Assembly: GCA_032128875.1 (NCBI GenBank)
Contig: JAVLKG010000011.1
Coordinates: 64,001 to 128,000, forward strand
Direction of reading: 5' to 3'
Length of the DNA stretch: 64,000 nucleotides
Origin: Candidatus Melainabacteria bacterium 17Bon1m
GTDB lineage: Bacteria > Cyanobacteriota > Vampirovibrionia > Obscuribacterales > Obscuribacteraceae
Each line of letters starts with the position of its first letter. The first letter of the stretch is position 1. Below, piece by piece: positions 1 to 8,099 of this stretch. A model generated the notes under the pieces. It made no database searches and was not told the DNA's origin. It saw only the letters and a list, made by a program, of their open reading frames with translations. The position numbers and the translations under genes are program-made.

Positions 1-261
1 AATGTTGTTTGTCTGATCGCGTCCAATCTTGCTGACCGATTGAGTCAGAGGATATTTTTCTGATGTCAATTTGGCAATTAGAAACGCCGGACGCGACGTG
101 CGGCCATCTTTGCGGGCTGGTACCGCATAAAGGTCTTGTTGCGAACGGGAAGCTCCGCCAAAGCCGCCCTGAACCTCAGAGCTGACGCCGCAGACGGTAC
201 ATGTTCCGTCTGGGCTAACTACACCGCCGCATCTCGTGCACTCAGTTGTGCTTTTGGACAT
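1..261 (-). CDS. Zinc-ribbon + FHA-domain protein (5' part; runs off the window edge)
   Basis: Not in the ORF track. Hand translation from ATG 261 gives MSKSTTECTRCGGVVSPDGTCTVCG...KYPLTQSVSKIGRDQTNNI: two CxxC motifs, then the IGR motif that opens an FHA domain. Directly downstream of a PP2C gene. Confidence 0.75.
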   Translation of the reverse strand, partial: MSKSTTECTRCGGVVSPDGTCTVCGVSSEVQGGFGGASRSQQDLYAVPARKDGRTSRPAFLIAKLTSEKYPLTQSVSKIGRDQTNNI

Positions 262-269
262 AGACCGCT

Positions 270-1037
270 TTATTTGCTTCCGTTGTCGGACGCTTCGTCA
301 AGATACTGAATTACTACCACGGTTACATTGTCCGGGGCTCCACCGTCAAGAGTAAGCTTAACAAGGTCTTCGCAGACTTGTTCAGGCTCCTCGTGCTCGG
401 CGCAGACTTCTCCAATTTGCTCATCTCTCAAAACTGTCGGCAATCCGTCTGAACAGAGCACTACCCAGTCTCTCGCTTTGAGCTCGACCGGTGTATGGTC
501 GATTTCTACGCGCTCTTCATGCCCGAGACAGCGCGTGATTAAGTTTTTGTAAGGATTGATTCTGGCCTGCTCTTCGGTCAAGCGTCCGGCTCTCACCATT
601 TCTTGTACGACCGAGTGGTCGTTGGTGAGAAGGACAGGTTTGCCTTCTCTGAGCAGATAAGCACGGGAGTCGCCAACGTGGGCGATTTCCAGAGCTTCTT
701 CCGACTGGACGCCGACCACGATGGTCGTGCCCATGCCTCTAACCGAGGCGTCTTCTTCAGCTTGTTGCCAAACTGACTGATTCGCCAGATTTACGGTTTC
801 GAGTAACCACTTCTGAATTTCGGAGCGTCCAATCGAGGGAGGAGGATTATCAGTCCACTGCTTCTCTACCGCTTCCACTGCCAATTTACTGGCTTTTGCT
901 CCGCCTACTGCGCCGCCCATACCATCGGCAACCGCGAACACACGTAGGTCCGGGCTCACGTAGTAATTATCTTCGTTCCTTTGCCGTTGGCAACCGGCAT
1001 CAGTCCGCGCAGCCGCACGCCATTTGAGCTTCGTCAA
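270..1037 (-). CDS. PP2C/PPM-family Ser/Thr phosphatase (Stp1/PphA-like)
   Basis: Motifs RQRNED, VADGMGG, GTT, HVGDSRAY, LCSDGL, GGAPDNVT. Confidence 0.95.
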   Translation of the reverse strand: MTKLKWRAAARTDAGCQRQRNEDNYYVSPDLRVFAVADGMGGAVGGAKASKLAVEAVEKQWTDNPPPSIGRSEIQKWLLETVNLANQSVWQQAEEDASVRGMGTTIVVGVQSEEALEIAHVGDSRAYLLREGKPVLLTNDHSVVQEMVRAGRLTEEQARINPYKNLITRCLGHEERVEIDHTPVELKARDWVVLCSDGLPTVLRDEQIGEVCAEHEEPEQVCEDLVKLTLDGGAPDNVTVVVIQYLDEASDNGSK

Positions 1038-3088
1038 TCTCCGCTGCCCCCTTGAGAATCCGGCTTGTCTAACCGTGTTATCAAGCTAACCGGTGTCACT
1101 AAATGCCACATTATAAGTGCCACCATTACACCATTTCCAATCAAGAAATAGGGGGCTAATGGCCTAATTTCAGCAAACTGTATTGACCCGATATACGCAA
1201 GGTCAAAAACACAAAGAGCTGCTGACAAAAGGCTTAAGCCAAGCCGTTTGCGCTTATTAGCGGACAAAGTGGTTTCCAGTAGCTGCAGGCGATGGTTCAC
1301 GTTGGCAACCTGCCCTTTCAACTGAAGATTGGCTGCCTGTGCCTCTTTTATGCTCGCCTCCAAAGCTTTTTCTGTGCCACTATTGGTAATGCGAGAGCCC
1401 TTCTTTAGTGCGTTTTGCCCAGCAATAGGCATCTCATGCGTGCCAGAAAGTTTGGAAAGTGACTCTTCAAGTAAAGTTACGTTTCCGCCGTAGAACAAAC
1501 GCAAAAGCGGAACGGCTTGTTGCGGGCGATTCATGATCCACTTCTTGAGAGCTGGCTTGGCAGCTTCGACAAAGCTGAAATTAGGCTGCAAAGTCCTGGC
1601 AATTCCTTCAATTGTCGATCCCGCTCTCAAAAGGTAGGCAAGCGATGGCGGCAAGCAAAGTGATCTGTCCAATGCAATTTGATCGATATCGTTTTCAAGA
1701 TCGGTAAAGTCCAAATCCTTCACTTCTCGACCGGCGTAATAATCGATAAACGGCTTGACCGCACGTTCTATCGGCAAAGAGTTGGCGCCTTCTTTGAGGA
1801 TGCCCAGCTTGCGCAAATTGGCGATCAAATCCTCTGTGTCTTTTTGAATGACCGCTGAAATACAGCCTGTTATCGAATGCCGCTGCTCGTCGGAGATTTC
1901 TCCGACCATGCCGAAGTCGTAGATGACAAGCCGACCCTCTTCGTCTACTGCCAGATTGCCCGCGTGCGGATCGGCGTGGAAAAATCCATGCATAAGCACT
2001 TGTTCGAGATAGCAAGTGACCAGTAATTTTCCAAGGCGCGGCAAATTGACGTTGCGTGCAAGGAGTTCTTTGACTCTGTCGATCTTCGTACCCGGCAAAT
2101 ATTCGAGAGTCAAAACTCGACGCCCTGTGTATTTCCAAAATACTCTCGGCACTCGAATGTCCGGATAATCCCTGAGCACTCGTCGCAGCCGGTCTGCGTT
2201 TCGTCCCTCTTGGATATAATTGACCTCAGCAAATAAGTTGCGCCCGAACTCATCGGCCAGCTCATACCAGCCGCCCCAGTCTGCGTGTTTTTTGAAGAGC
2301 CCGCTGCCGAGTCTGATGAGAAATCGCATGTAGCCGAGGTCTTGATAAAAGCGCTGGCGTAGAGCCGGACGCTGCACTTTGACCGCAACTTCGGTTCCGT
2401 CTTTCAAGCGTGCCCTGTGCACCTGTCCGACAGAGGCAGAGGCGATCGGCACCTCTTCGAAGTGGGCGAAAAGCTCATCAGGAGACGCACCCAGATCGCG
2501 CTTGATTGTCGTTTGTACCGTCTGGAAGTCGAACGGCGGCACCTGATCTTGCAAAAGCGACAGCTCATCGGCAATCTCTACAGGCAGCGCATCGCGACGC
2601 ACCGACAAAAATTGTCCGAGCTTGATATATGTTTCGCCCAGGCTGATGCACGTTTCCTTCAAGCGCACTGCTCGTGTTTTCTGACGAGCTTCTGATTCCT
2701 CAGGGGTCTTAGGTGGGTGCAACTTGTCCGAGATGCTTGCGTAAGTGAAGCTGAGCATCGTCTTGAGCATGCTCCAGAAGCGGGCATCCCCAATGAGATT
2801 GCCCACCTTTACCGAGCGATCGGCTTCAGCTGGATCGTATGGACTGAACGACTCGACTGACGAAGACTTTCTCGAAATCAGCGGAAATGGGCTGCCGTGA
2901 TATGCGCGTATTTCCGTGCTCGGTGTTCGCGGCACAGGGGAAGCGGCTTCGCTGGTTTTGGGTTTCTTGTCTTTGGAGCTCTTGGCGACAGAACTGTCCG
3001 CGTCTGCCTTCTTGCCTGATGCGCGGCCTGCCGGAGATTTAGCCGGTTTGTCGTCCGAGGATTCAAATGTATCTTCGGGCGGACTCAC
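1034..3088 (-). CDS. ABC1/AarF/UbiB-family atypical kinase with C-terminal membrane helices
   Basis: YIKLGQ, LQDQVPP, IASASVGQVH, VAVKVQRP, FFHADPHAGN, YDFGM. Confidence 0.95.
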   Translation of the reverse strand: MSPPEDTFESSDDKPAKSPAGRASGKKADADSSVAKSSKDKKPKTSEAASPVPRTPSTEIRAYHGSPFPLISRKSSSVESFSPYDPAEADRSVKVGNLIGDARFWSMLKTMLSFTYASISDKLHPPKTPEESEARQKTRAVRLKETCISLGETYIKLGQFLSVRRDALPVEIADELSLLQDQVPPFDFQTVQTTIKRDLGASPDELFAHFEEVPIASASVGQVHRARLKDGTEVAVKVQRPALRQRFYQDLGYMRFLIRLGSGLFKKHADWGGWYELADEFGRNLFAEVNYIQEGRNADRLRRVLRDYPDIRVPRVFWKYTGRRVLTLEYLPGTKIDRVKELLARNVNLPRLGKLLVTCYLEQVLMHGFFHADPHAGNLAVDEEGRLVIYDFGMVGEISDEQRHSITGCISAVIQKDTEDLIANLRKLGILKEGANSLPIERAVKPFIDYYAGREVKDLDFTDLENDIDQIALDRSLCLPPSLAYLLRAGSTIEGIARTLQPNFSFVEAAKPALKKWIMNRPQQAVPLLRLFYGGNVTLLEESLSKLSGTHEMPIAGQNALKKGSRITNSGTEKALEASIKEAQAANLQLKGQVANVNHRLQLLETTLSANKRKRLGLSLLSAALCVFDLAYIGSIQFAEIRPLAPYFLIGNGVMVALIMWHLVTPVSLITRLDKPDSQGGSGD

Positions 3089-3140
3089 ATTGCCTGTCCC
3101 CGGTGTCTTGAATAAAAGTGTTTATCGCTTGAGAAGCGTC

Positions 3141-3518
3141 TTAGACACTGACTTTCATGGACTTGAGTTCGGAAATCTCAGCGCGCAGCGTGGCGATTTC
3201 TGCTCTCAATTCGTTGATTTCGGTGGTGTCGCCCAGGGCGCCCAGCGAGAAATCTGCGACTTGTCTGCGGATGCGCTCGCGCACCTGGCTTTCCAAAACT
3301 TCTGAACGTTGCCAAACGTTTTGCGAAATCTCGCTTGCAACTTCTTTGGCGCGATCTTTGTACTCATGTACGCGATCCGAGCCAGTCGACTTGTATTCGC
3401 CTGCCTTAGCGGTCAAGGAGTCCAGTGCGTCCTCGACTCGTTCGCGAGCAACCTCGAAGGCGGCTCTGCCCAGGAAAAACAATTTGATCATTGGACGCAA
3501 CACGTAACTAACCTCCAA
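3141..3518 (-). CDS. Small coiled-coil protein of the cyanobacterial type found upstream of ABC1 kinases
   Basis: FFLGRAAFEVARERVEDAL N-terminal motif and INELRAEIATLRAEI C-terminal coil; co-directional with the ABC1 gene. Confidence 0.75.
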   Translation of the reverse strand: MEVSYVLRPMIKLFFLGRAAFEVARERVEDALDSLTAKAGEYKSTGSDRVHEYKDRAKEVASEISQNVWQRSEVLESQVRERIRRQVADFSLGALGDTTEINELRAEIATLRAEISELKSMKVSV

Positions 3519-3914
3519 GCTTCAGGACGAGCCCGCTTTCGTTGGGATACCGGGCCGACCGGTAAGAGTCGTAACTTTGCCGTATGGAGCGCGCTACGTC
3601 AAATTTGACGACGGCGCCAACTGGCATGTTTTGCCCAGACAAAACTATCGAGAAATTATACACTAGGGGCATCGCATAGATGCTTGATTTGCTGATTTCG
3701 TATAGCGATGCTAACAACTGTTGCAATACGCAGTAATTCGCAATATGTGGGAACTTTGAAGCGGAACTAGTCCGACGACGGTTGAGCACGTTGGGTTGAA
3801 AAGAAATCGGACCAGAAAACCTTCGACAAGTACGGTCATCTAGTAATGAGATTGAAAGTCAATCGCAGTAGAGTTTAGACACTGCAAAACGAAACAAAAA
3901 CGAAACTAGTTAAG

Positions 3915-4907
3915 GTGGCGAAAGTGGCACAAACAAAAACGAATGAGCGCACGACCGAAAAGAAGCCGTTGACGGCAAAAGCACAACCCGGTCGCAATGC
4001 CCGTCCGGTCTCTCTAATTTATGTACCTCTTCATCTGGGTGGCAGTCACCGCGGTGCCAGTATGGGACCGGCTGCCATGAAAGTCGCAGAACTGCCTGAG
4101 CGTATCAAGGCTCTCGGATTTGCAGTGGCAGAGGAAATCGACATTGAAGTCCCTCATTCTGTTTGCTGGTGGGACAACGAGACGCAAAGCAAGTGCGTGC
4201 CTGAAATCTATCAAGTCAGCGAAGCGGTCGCCGATGCCGTGGAAGCGGCGATGGAAGCAGGCAATCTGCCGATCACCATCGGTGGCGACCATAGTCTCGC
4301 TATCGGCAGTATCGCCGGAGCTGCGAGCTATTACCGCAAGCATGAAGAGACTTTTGGGCTGGTGTGGTTTGATGCGCATGGTGACATCAATACGCCTGAC
4401 ACTACTGCCAGTGGCAATGTGCACGGTATGCCTTTTGCTGTTTCGCTCGGATTGGGCGATGAAAAGCTTGTTAATTTGAAGGGTTTTAGCCCTAAAGTGC
4501 CGGCTAAGCGTTCGTCACTGATTGGTATCCGCGATGTCGATCCGCCTGAGCGCGACATGATCACTCAGACTGGTATCACAGCTTTCACAATGAAAGAAGT
4601 CGATCACCTTGGACTCGGTCGAGTTACGGATATGGCTCTGGGAGCTGTCGGCGCCGATGTAAACGGTATCCACGTTTCATTCGACATCGACGTGATCGAT
4701 CCTGATGTAGCACCTGGCGTAAGCACTGCCTCGCGTGGTGGTCTAAGCTACAGAGAAAGTCACCTTGCGTTGGAGCTTTTGGCTGAGTCGGACCTGGTGC
4801 GTTCAATAGATATAGTCGAACTCAATCCAGCATTCGATGTTCGCAATAAAACAGCAGAGTTGGCGGTGGAACTGATTCTATCGGCGCTCGGCAAGCGCAT
4901 TCTTTAG
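3915..4907 (+). CDS. rocF: Arginase
   Basis: GGDHSLAIGS, WFDAHGDINTP, SGNVHGMP, SFDIDVIDP, VELNP. Confidence 0.93.
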   Translation: MAKVAQTKTNERTTEKKPLTAKAQPGRNARPVSLIYVPLHLGGSHRGASMGPAAMKVAELPERIKALGFAVAEEIDIEVPHSVCWWDNETQSKCVPEIYQVSEAVADAVEAAMEAGNLPITIGGDHSLAIGSIAGAASYYRKHEETFGLVWFDAHGDINTPDTTASGNVHGMPFAVSLGLGDEKLVNLKGFSPKVPAKRSSLIGIRDVDPPERDMITQTGITAFTMKEVDHLGLGRVTDMALGAVGADVNGIHVSFDIDVIDPDVAPGVSTASRGGLSYRESHLALELLAESDLVRSIDIVELNPAFDVRNKTAELAVELILSALGKRIL

Positions 4908-4934
4908 GGCTTGCGGTAGCTTCGATCTAAAGAA

Positions 4935-4970
4935 AAGAACTCACCGCAATTGCAGTGAGTTCTTCTTATT
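4935..4970. terminator. Probable bidirectional intrinsic terminator
   Basis: AAGAACTCAC...GTGAGTTCTT inverted repeat with A-rich and T-rich flanks, between convergent genes. Confidence 0.7.
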
Positions 4971-4987
4971 GTTACTTATTTCAACGT

Positions 4988-5299
4988 CTAGTCGTTCATA
5001 TCTTTGTTGGTGACTTTCATTATTGAGCCATCGGTTGCGTTGATGTGGAAGTTCTTCGCTTCTTTGTCGCCGCGGATGCTGACGGACCAGTAAAGAGTAT
5101 GCGGCTTCTTGTGCATTCTTTCCAAGTCTGTGTCGGTGATTTTGCCGGACAACTGCTTGAGCGCGATTGCTTCTGCATCAGCTTTGCTCAGTTTGGCTGC
5201 TTGTCCTCTTTTGGCAGTATCGTCATCTGCGAATGCGCATGTGCCGAACGATGAGCCCATCAAAGCGACAGCGGCTGCCAGCACCAATAACTTTTTCAT
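4988..5299 (-). CDS. Secreted PepSY-domain-like protein
   Basis: Signal peptide MKKLLVLAAAVAL... (ATG 5299, GAGG upstream); LSKADAEAIALK...YWSVSI...HINATDGSI pattern. Confidence 0.8.
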   Translation of the reverse strand: MKKLLVLAAAVALMGSSFGTCAFADDDTAKRGQAAKLSKADAEAIALKQLSGKITDTDLERMHKKPHTLYWSVSIRGDKEAKNFHINATDGSIMKVTNKDMND

Positions 5300-5652
5300 T
5301 TCAAAAACCTCGTTCAGCGAAAACTTGAAGAGCAAGATCTTATTACAGCTGTCTATTTGAATGTCTGCTTGGAAACGTTCTTGGCTTCCGTATGAAGATT
5401 TTGATGAGTAGTTGTAAATCTCCAGTCCAAGGATTTTGGGGCAGGCGGGGTGTTTTGATCTAATTGCCCGGTCTGCAATTACAGCGCTTGGAAATTTTTA
5501 CTACCTGCCTAAGTTGGGGCTTGTCACTCTTTAATTTTGGTACTATACTTACGTATGTATTCGGGGACTTTCATGTTCCCAGGTATTCGATGGGGAACTG
5601 CCTGCGACTTTTCCCGCTTTTCAAAACTGGGGCGGCACTAGAGGGAGAAATT

Positions 5653-6315
5653 ATGGATTTAGACTGCTTGCCGCCACGGCAGCGCGACGTAATAAAGTCT
5701 ATCGTTGACTTGACTGAAGAGAATGGCTATCCGCCAACTCTTGCAGAATTGGCGAAGGCGCTTGGTTTGCGCAACCGGATGACGGTTCACCAGCACGTGG
5801 CTGCGCTGAAAAAGAAAGGATACGTCCACTGGGAGCCAGGTCTTAACCGATCTCTTCGAGTGGTTTCACATATGACCACATCGGTCGGCGGCAGAACCAC
5901 TGAGACCACAATTGAATACCAAGAGTCTTACGATGAGCCGCAAGGCATTCCTCTGGCAGGCACTATTGCTGCCGGTCAACCAATCGACGCGATTGATCCC
6001 GGCGAATATCTGGCAATGGACAATCAATACGCGGGCACCAATTGCTTTGCACTAAAAGTCAAAGGCAATTCAATGATAGAAGACGGCATCTGTGATGGCG
6101 ACTTCGTTATCATCAAGCCCAATCCGTCACCACGTAACGGTGAAATCGTTGTGGCACTTTTAGATGATGGTACGGCGACCTTGAAGCGCCTCTTCAAAGA
6201 GAAAGGCGGCTACCGTCTGCAACCGGCTAACAGCGAGCTTTCTCCCATCTTCATTGATGCGAAGGATGGCCTCACTGTTCAAGGCGTTGTCGTCGCACTT
6301 TTCCGGAAAATGTAG
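5653..6315 (+). CDS. lexA: SOS repressor LexA
   Basis: GYPPTLAEL winged helix, IAAGQP cleavage site, GNSM catalytic Ser, TLKRL catalytic Lys. Start moved to ATG 5653 after GAGGGAG. Confidence 0.95.
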   Translation: MDLDCLPPRQRDVIKSIVDLTEENGYPPTLAELAKALGLRNRMTVHQHVAALKKKGYVHWEPGLNRSLRVVSHMTTSVGGRTTETTIEYQESYDEPQGIPLAGTIAAGQPIDAIDPGEYLAMDNQYAGTNCFALKVKGNSMIEDGICDGDFVIIKPNPSPRNGEIVVALLDDGTATLKRLFKEKGGYRLQPANSELSPIFIDAKDGLTVQGVVVALFRKM

Positions 6316-7201
6316 ATTCTGATTGAATTCCGTCGGAATGTCGGCTTGATAGATGTGTTTTGACGTAGGATTCTACGTACGAAAACCCTTCGGACATATT
6401 TTGCGAAATTTTGCATTTTGAAGCCATTTCTGCAAATGGTTTCTCCCAAGACGTTGGTGGCGGTAGAAGTTTCTCTGAAAACTTGTGTGTATTACGGCGC
6501 TCAAATGTTTTTTCGGTTGCTTTGCGCAGCTTTTTAGGATCCATGCCATTTTTTATAAGCAAGATCATGTCTACAAGATCCTTGACTCGGGAGTTCTCCC
6601 GCAGGTCTGGTCTAGTGTAAATATGAACCTTTTCGGCAAAATGTTGCTCTTTTGAGATCAAGGGATATTCTGAGGTACTTATTCCAGCGAATTCGAGTAA
6701 CTGTTCTGGTTTACTGATCTCAATTGGCTTAATTAGTGGATCGCCGATCGCTATGTCTACATGAAACGTCGCAAATTCCTTGCCCGCAACTGACGATTTC
6801 GCTCTGAAACGGGCACCACCATAAGTGGCATCTACGTCTTTAATCGGACCGCTTATTTCAAATTCAAAATAGTCGTACATATCCAGTCTGGATGCCTTTA
6901 CTAATATTTCGCGCATGAATTCTATTTGTTCGCTTTGAGATTTTGAGTGCACGAGTTTACTCAAGAGTGTCAAATCGACATCTTTTGTTGTTCTAGCAAT
7001 TGGCAATCTCAACTCCATTGCGTAGCCGCCTTTGAGAAGGATCGTGTCTTTGTTTTGTGAGAATAAACGTTCTAGAAGTCTGTCAAAAGCTAATCGCCTT
7101 CTCAATCCCATCAAATCTCGCTTTTCACCGAAAGCTTTTGTTTGAAGCCTTGTTTCAAGCGCGGTTCGAAATGCATTTGCAGTCGCATATTTGTTCGACG
7201 T
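6272..7201 (-). CDS. AbiEii/AbiGii-family nucleotidyltransferase toxin (type IV toxin-antitoxin); start uncertain
   Basis: LLKGGYAM, RTTKDVD, AEKVH, SRVKDLVD. The frame stays open upstream of TTG 7114 through KYATANAFRTALETRL to an ACG at 7201 preceded by GGAGGA. Confidence 0.85.
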   Translation of the reverse strand, partial: TSNKYATANAFRTALETRLQTKAFGEKRDLMGLRRRLAFDRLLERLFSQNKDTILLKGGYAMELRLPIARTTKDVDLTLLSKLVHSKSQSEQIEFMREILVKASRLDMYDYFEFEISGPIKDVDATYGGARFRAKSSVAGKEFATFHVDIAIGDPLIKPIEISKPEQLLEFAGISTSEYPLISKEQHFAEKVHIYTRPDLRENSRVKDLVDMILLIKNGMDPKKLRKATEKTFERRNTHKFSEKLLPPPTSWEKPFAEMASKCKISQNMSEGFSYVESYVKTHLSSRHSDGIQSESTFSGKVRRQRLEQ

Positions 7202-7202
7202 A

Positions 7203-7829
7203 TCAGAGTCCTCCGTACTTGGAAGCTAGCTTTTGAACTTGTTCTTTAGCCCATTCTGGACCACTAATTTCAGCATTTTCGAAATCAGCTCGAAGAGCAA
7301 GCCCTTTTTTGATTGACTGATTTATCGCATCAATAATCATGCTTCTGGGAAGCTTTTCTTCTGCAACGATGTCCACCAGTGTTTTTACTGGAGTGGTTAT
7401 TCGAATTTTTTGTTTGTGAAGGATATCTGTCTCTTTTAGATCTTCGTAGTGCAAATTCAGTATGTCTGGAATTTCTTGGCTTCTTCTAAAGCTCTTAGGC
7501 ACTGTTATGTGCAATTTATCAGGCATGTTGTCGGAGAGTTCATAGAAGTCTAGCGCTGTCTCATAGCTAAAAGTTGATTGCGGTTTTTCGTCGCGACCTC
7601 GCGACCAAAGTTGCCAGAGCATTAGTTCTGGCCTGTTTGTGAGGTATGGAAAATCGGTGAGTCTATAGATGCCTCTCCAGGCTTTTATCCAATCTCCGTT
7701 CTTTAGGTGGTAATTGTGCGTGGAATCTGCGAAGCCTGCTGCGATGGCTTGTTTTGTTGTGAAATATCCTTCTTGATCGGCTGCGATTTCATATAGAGCC
7801 TTAGCTGCTTGCTTTGTGCCGTCCATCAC
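7203..7829 (-). CDS. AbiEi-family antitoxin / transcriptional regulator
   Basis: IAADQEGYFTTKQA, WRGIYRL, SYETAL, ITVP, RITTPVKTLVD; immediately upstream of the AbiEii gene. Confidence 0.9.
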   Translation of the reverse strand: MMDGTKQAAKALYEIAADQEGYFTTKQAIAAGFADSTHNYHLKNGDWIKAWRGIYRLTDFPYLTNRPELMLWQLWSRGRDEKPQSTFSYETALDFYELSDNMPDKLHITVPKSFRRSQEIPDILNLHYEDLKETDILHKQKIRITTPVKTLVDIVAEEKLPRSMIIDAINQSIKKGLALRADFENAEISGPEWAKEQVQKLASKYGGL

Positions 7830-7900
7830 AAATCCTCAAAAAATTTGAGGAAATGTGTAATTCCTCAAAATTGTAAGGTAATTATACAATAGGTATAATT
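7827..7900 (-). promoter_or_regulatory. Inverted-repeat operator/promoter region of the abiE operon
   Basis: TCCTCAAA-aaa-TTTGAGGA (7833-7851) overlaps the RBS; a second TCCTCAAA half-site lies at 7862-7869; AATTATAC-n5-GTATAATT (7880-7900) contains a minus-strand TATAAT. Confidence 0.65.
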
Positions 7901-7964
7901 GTTTGGTGTTTTGTGTAAGGACTGGAAACCTTGTGCTGGTTAGGTTTTGAGGCTCCTTGATTAG

Positions 7965-8033
7965 TACGGAGCTATCCTGTACACTTCGGCGTTCGTACAA
8001 GTCTCACGCCGAAGTGTACAGGATAGCTCCGTA
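7965..8033. repeat. Perfect 28-bp inverted repeat with 13-nt spacer
   Basis: TACGGAGCTATCCTGTACACTTCGGCGT (7965-7992) and its exact reverse complement (8006-8033). Confidence 0.95.
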
Positions 8034-8099
8034 GAGGCGCTTCTTTCGAAAAAGCTTACACCGACAGCGTTTTGATGAATCAAACTCTCTAAACAGCAA

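Noticed and set aside
5464-5652. N-terminal extension of LexA, and a LexA box upstream
   Set aside because: A good RBS precedes ATG 5653. GTAC-containing sequence near 5540-5562 does not form a convincing palindrome, so no SOS box is called.
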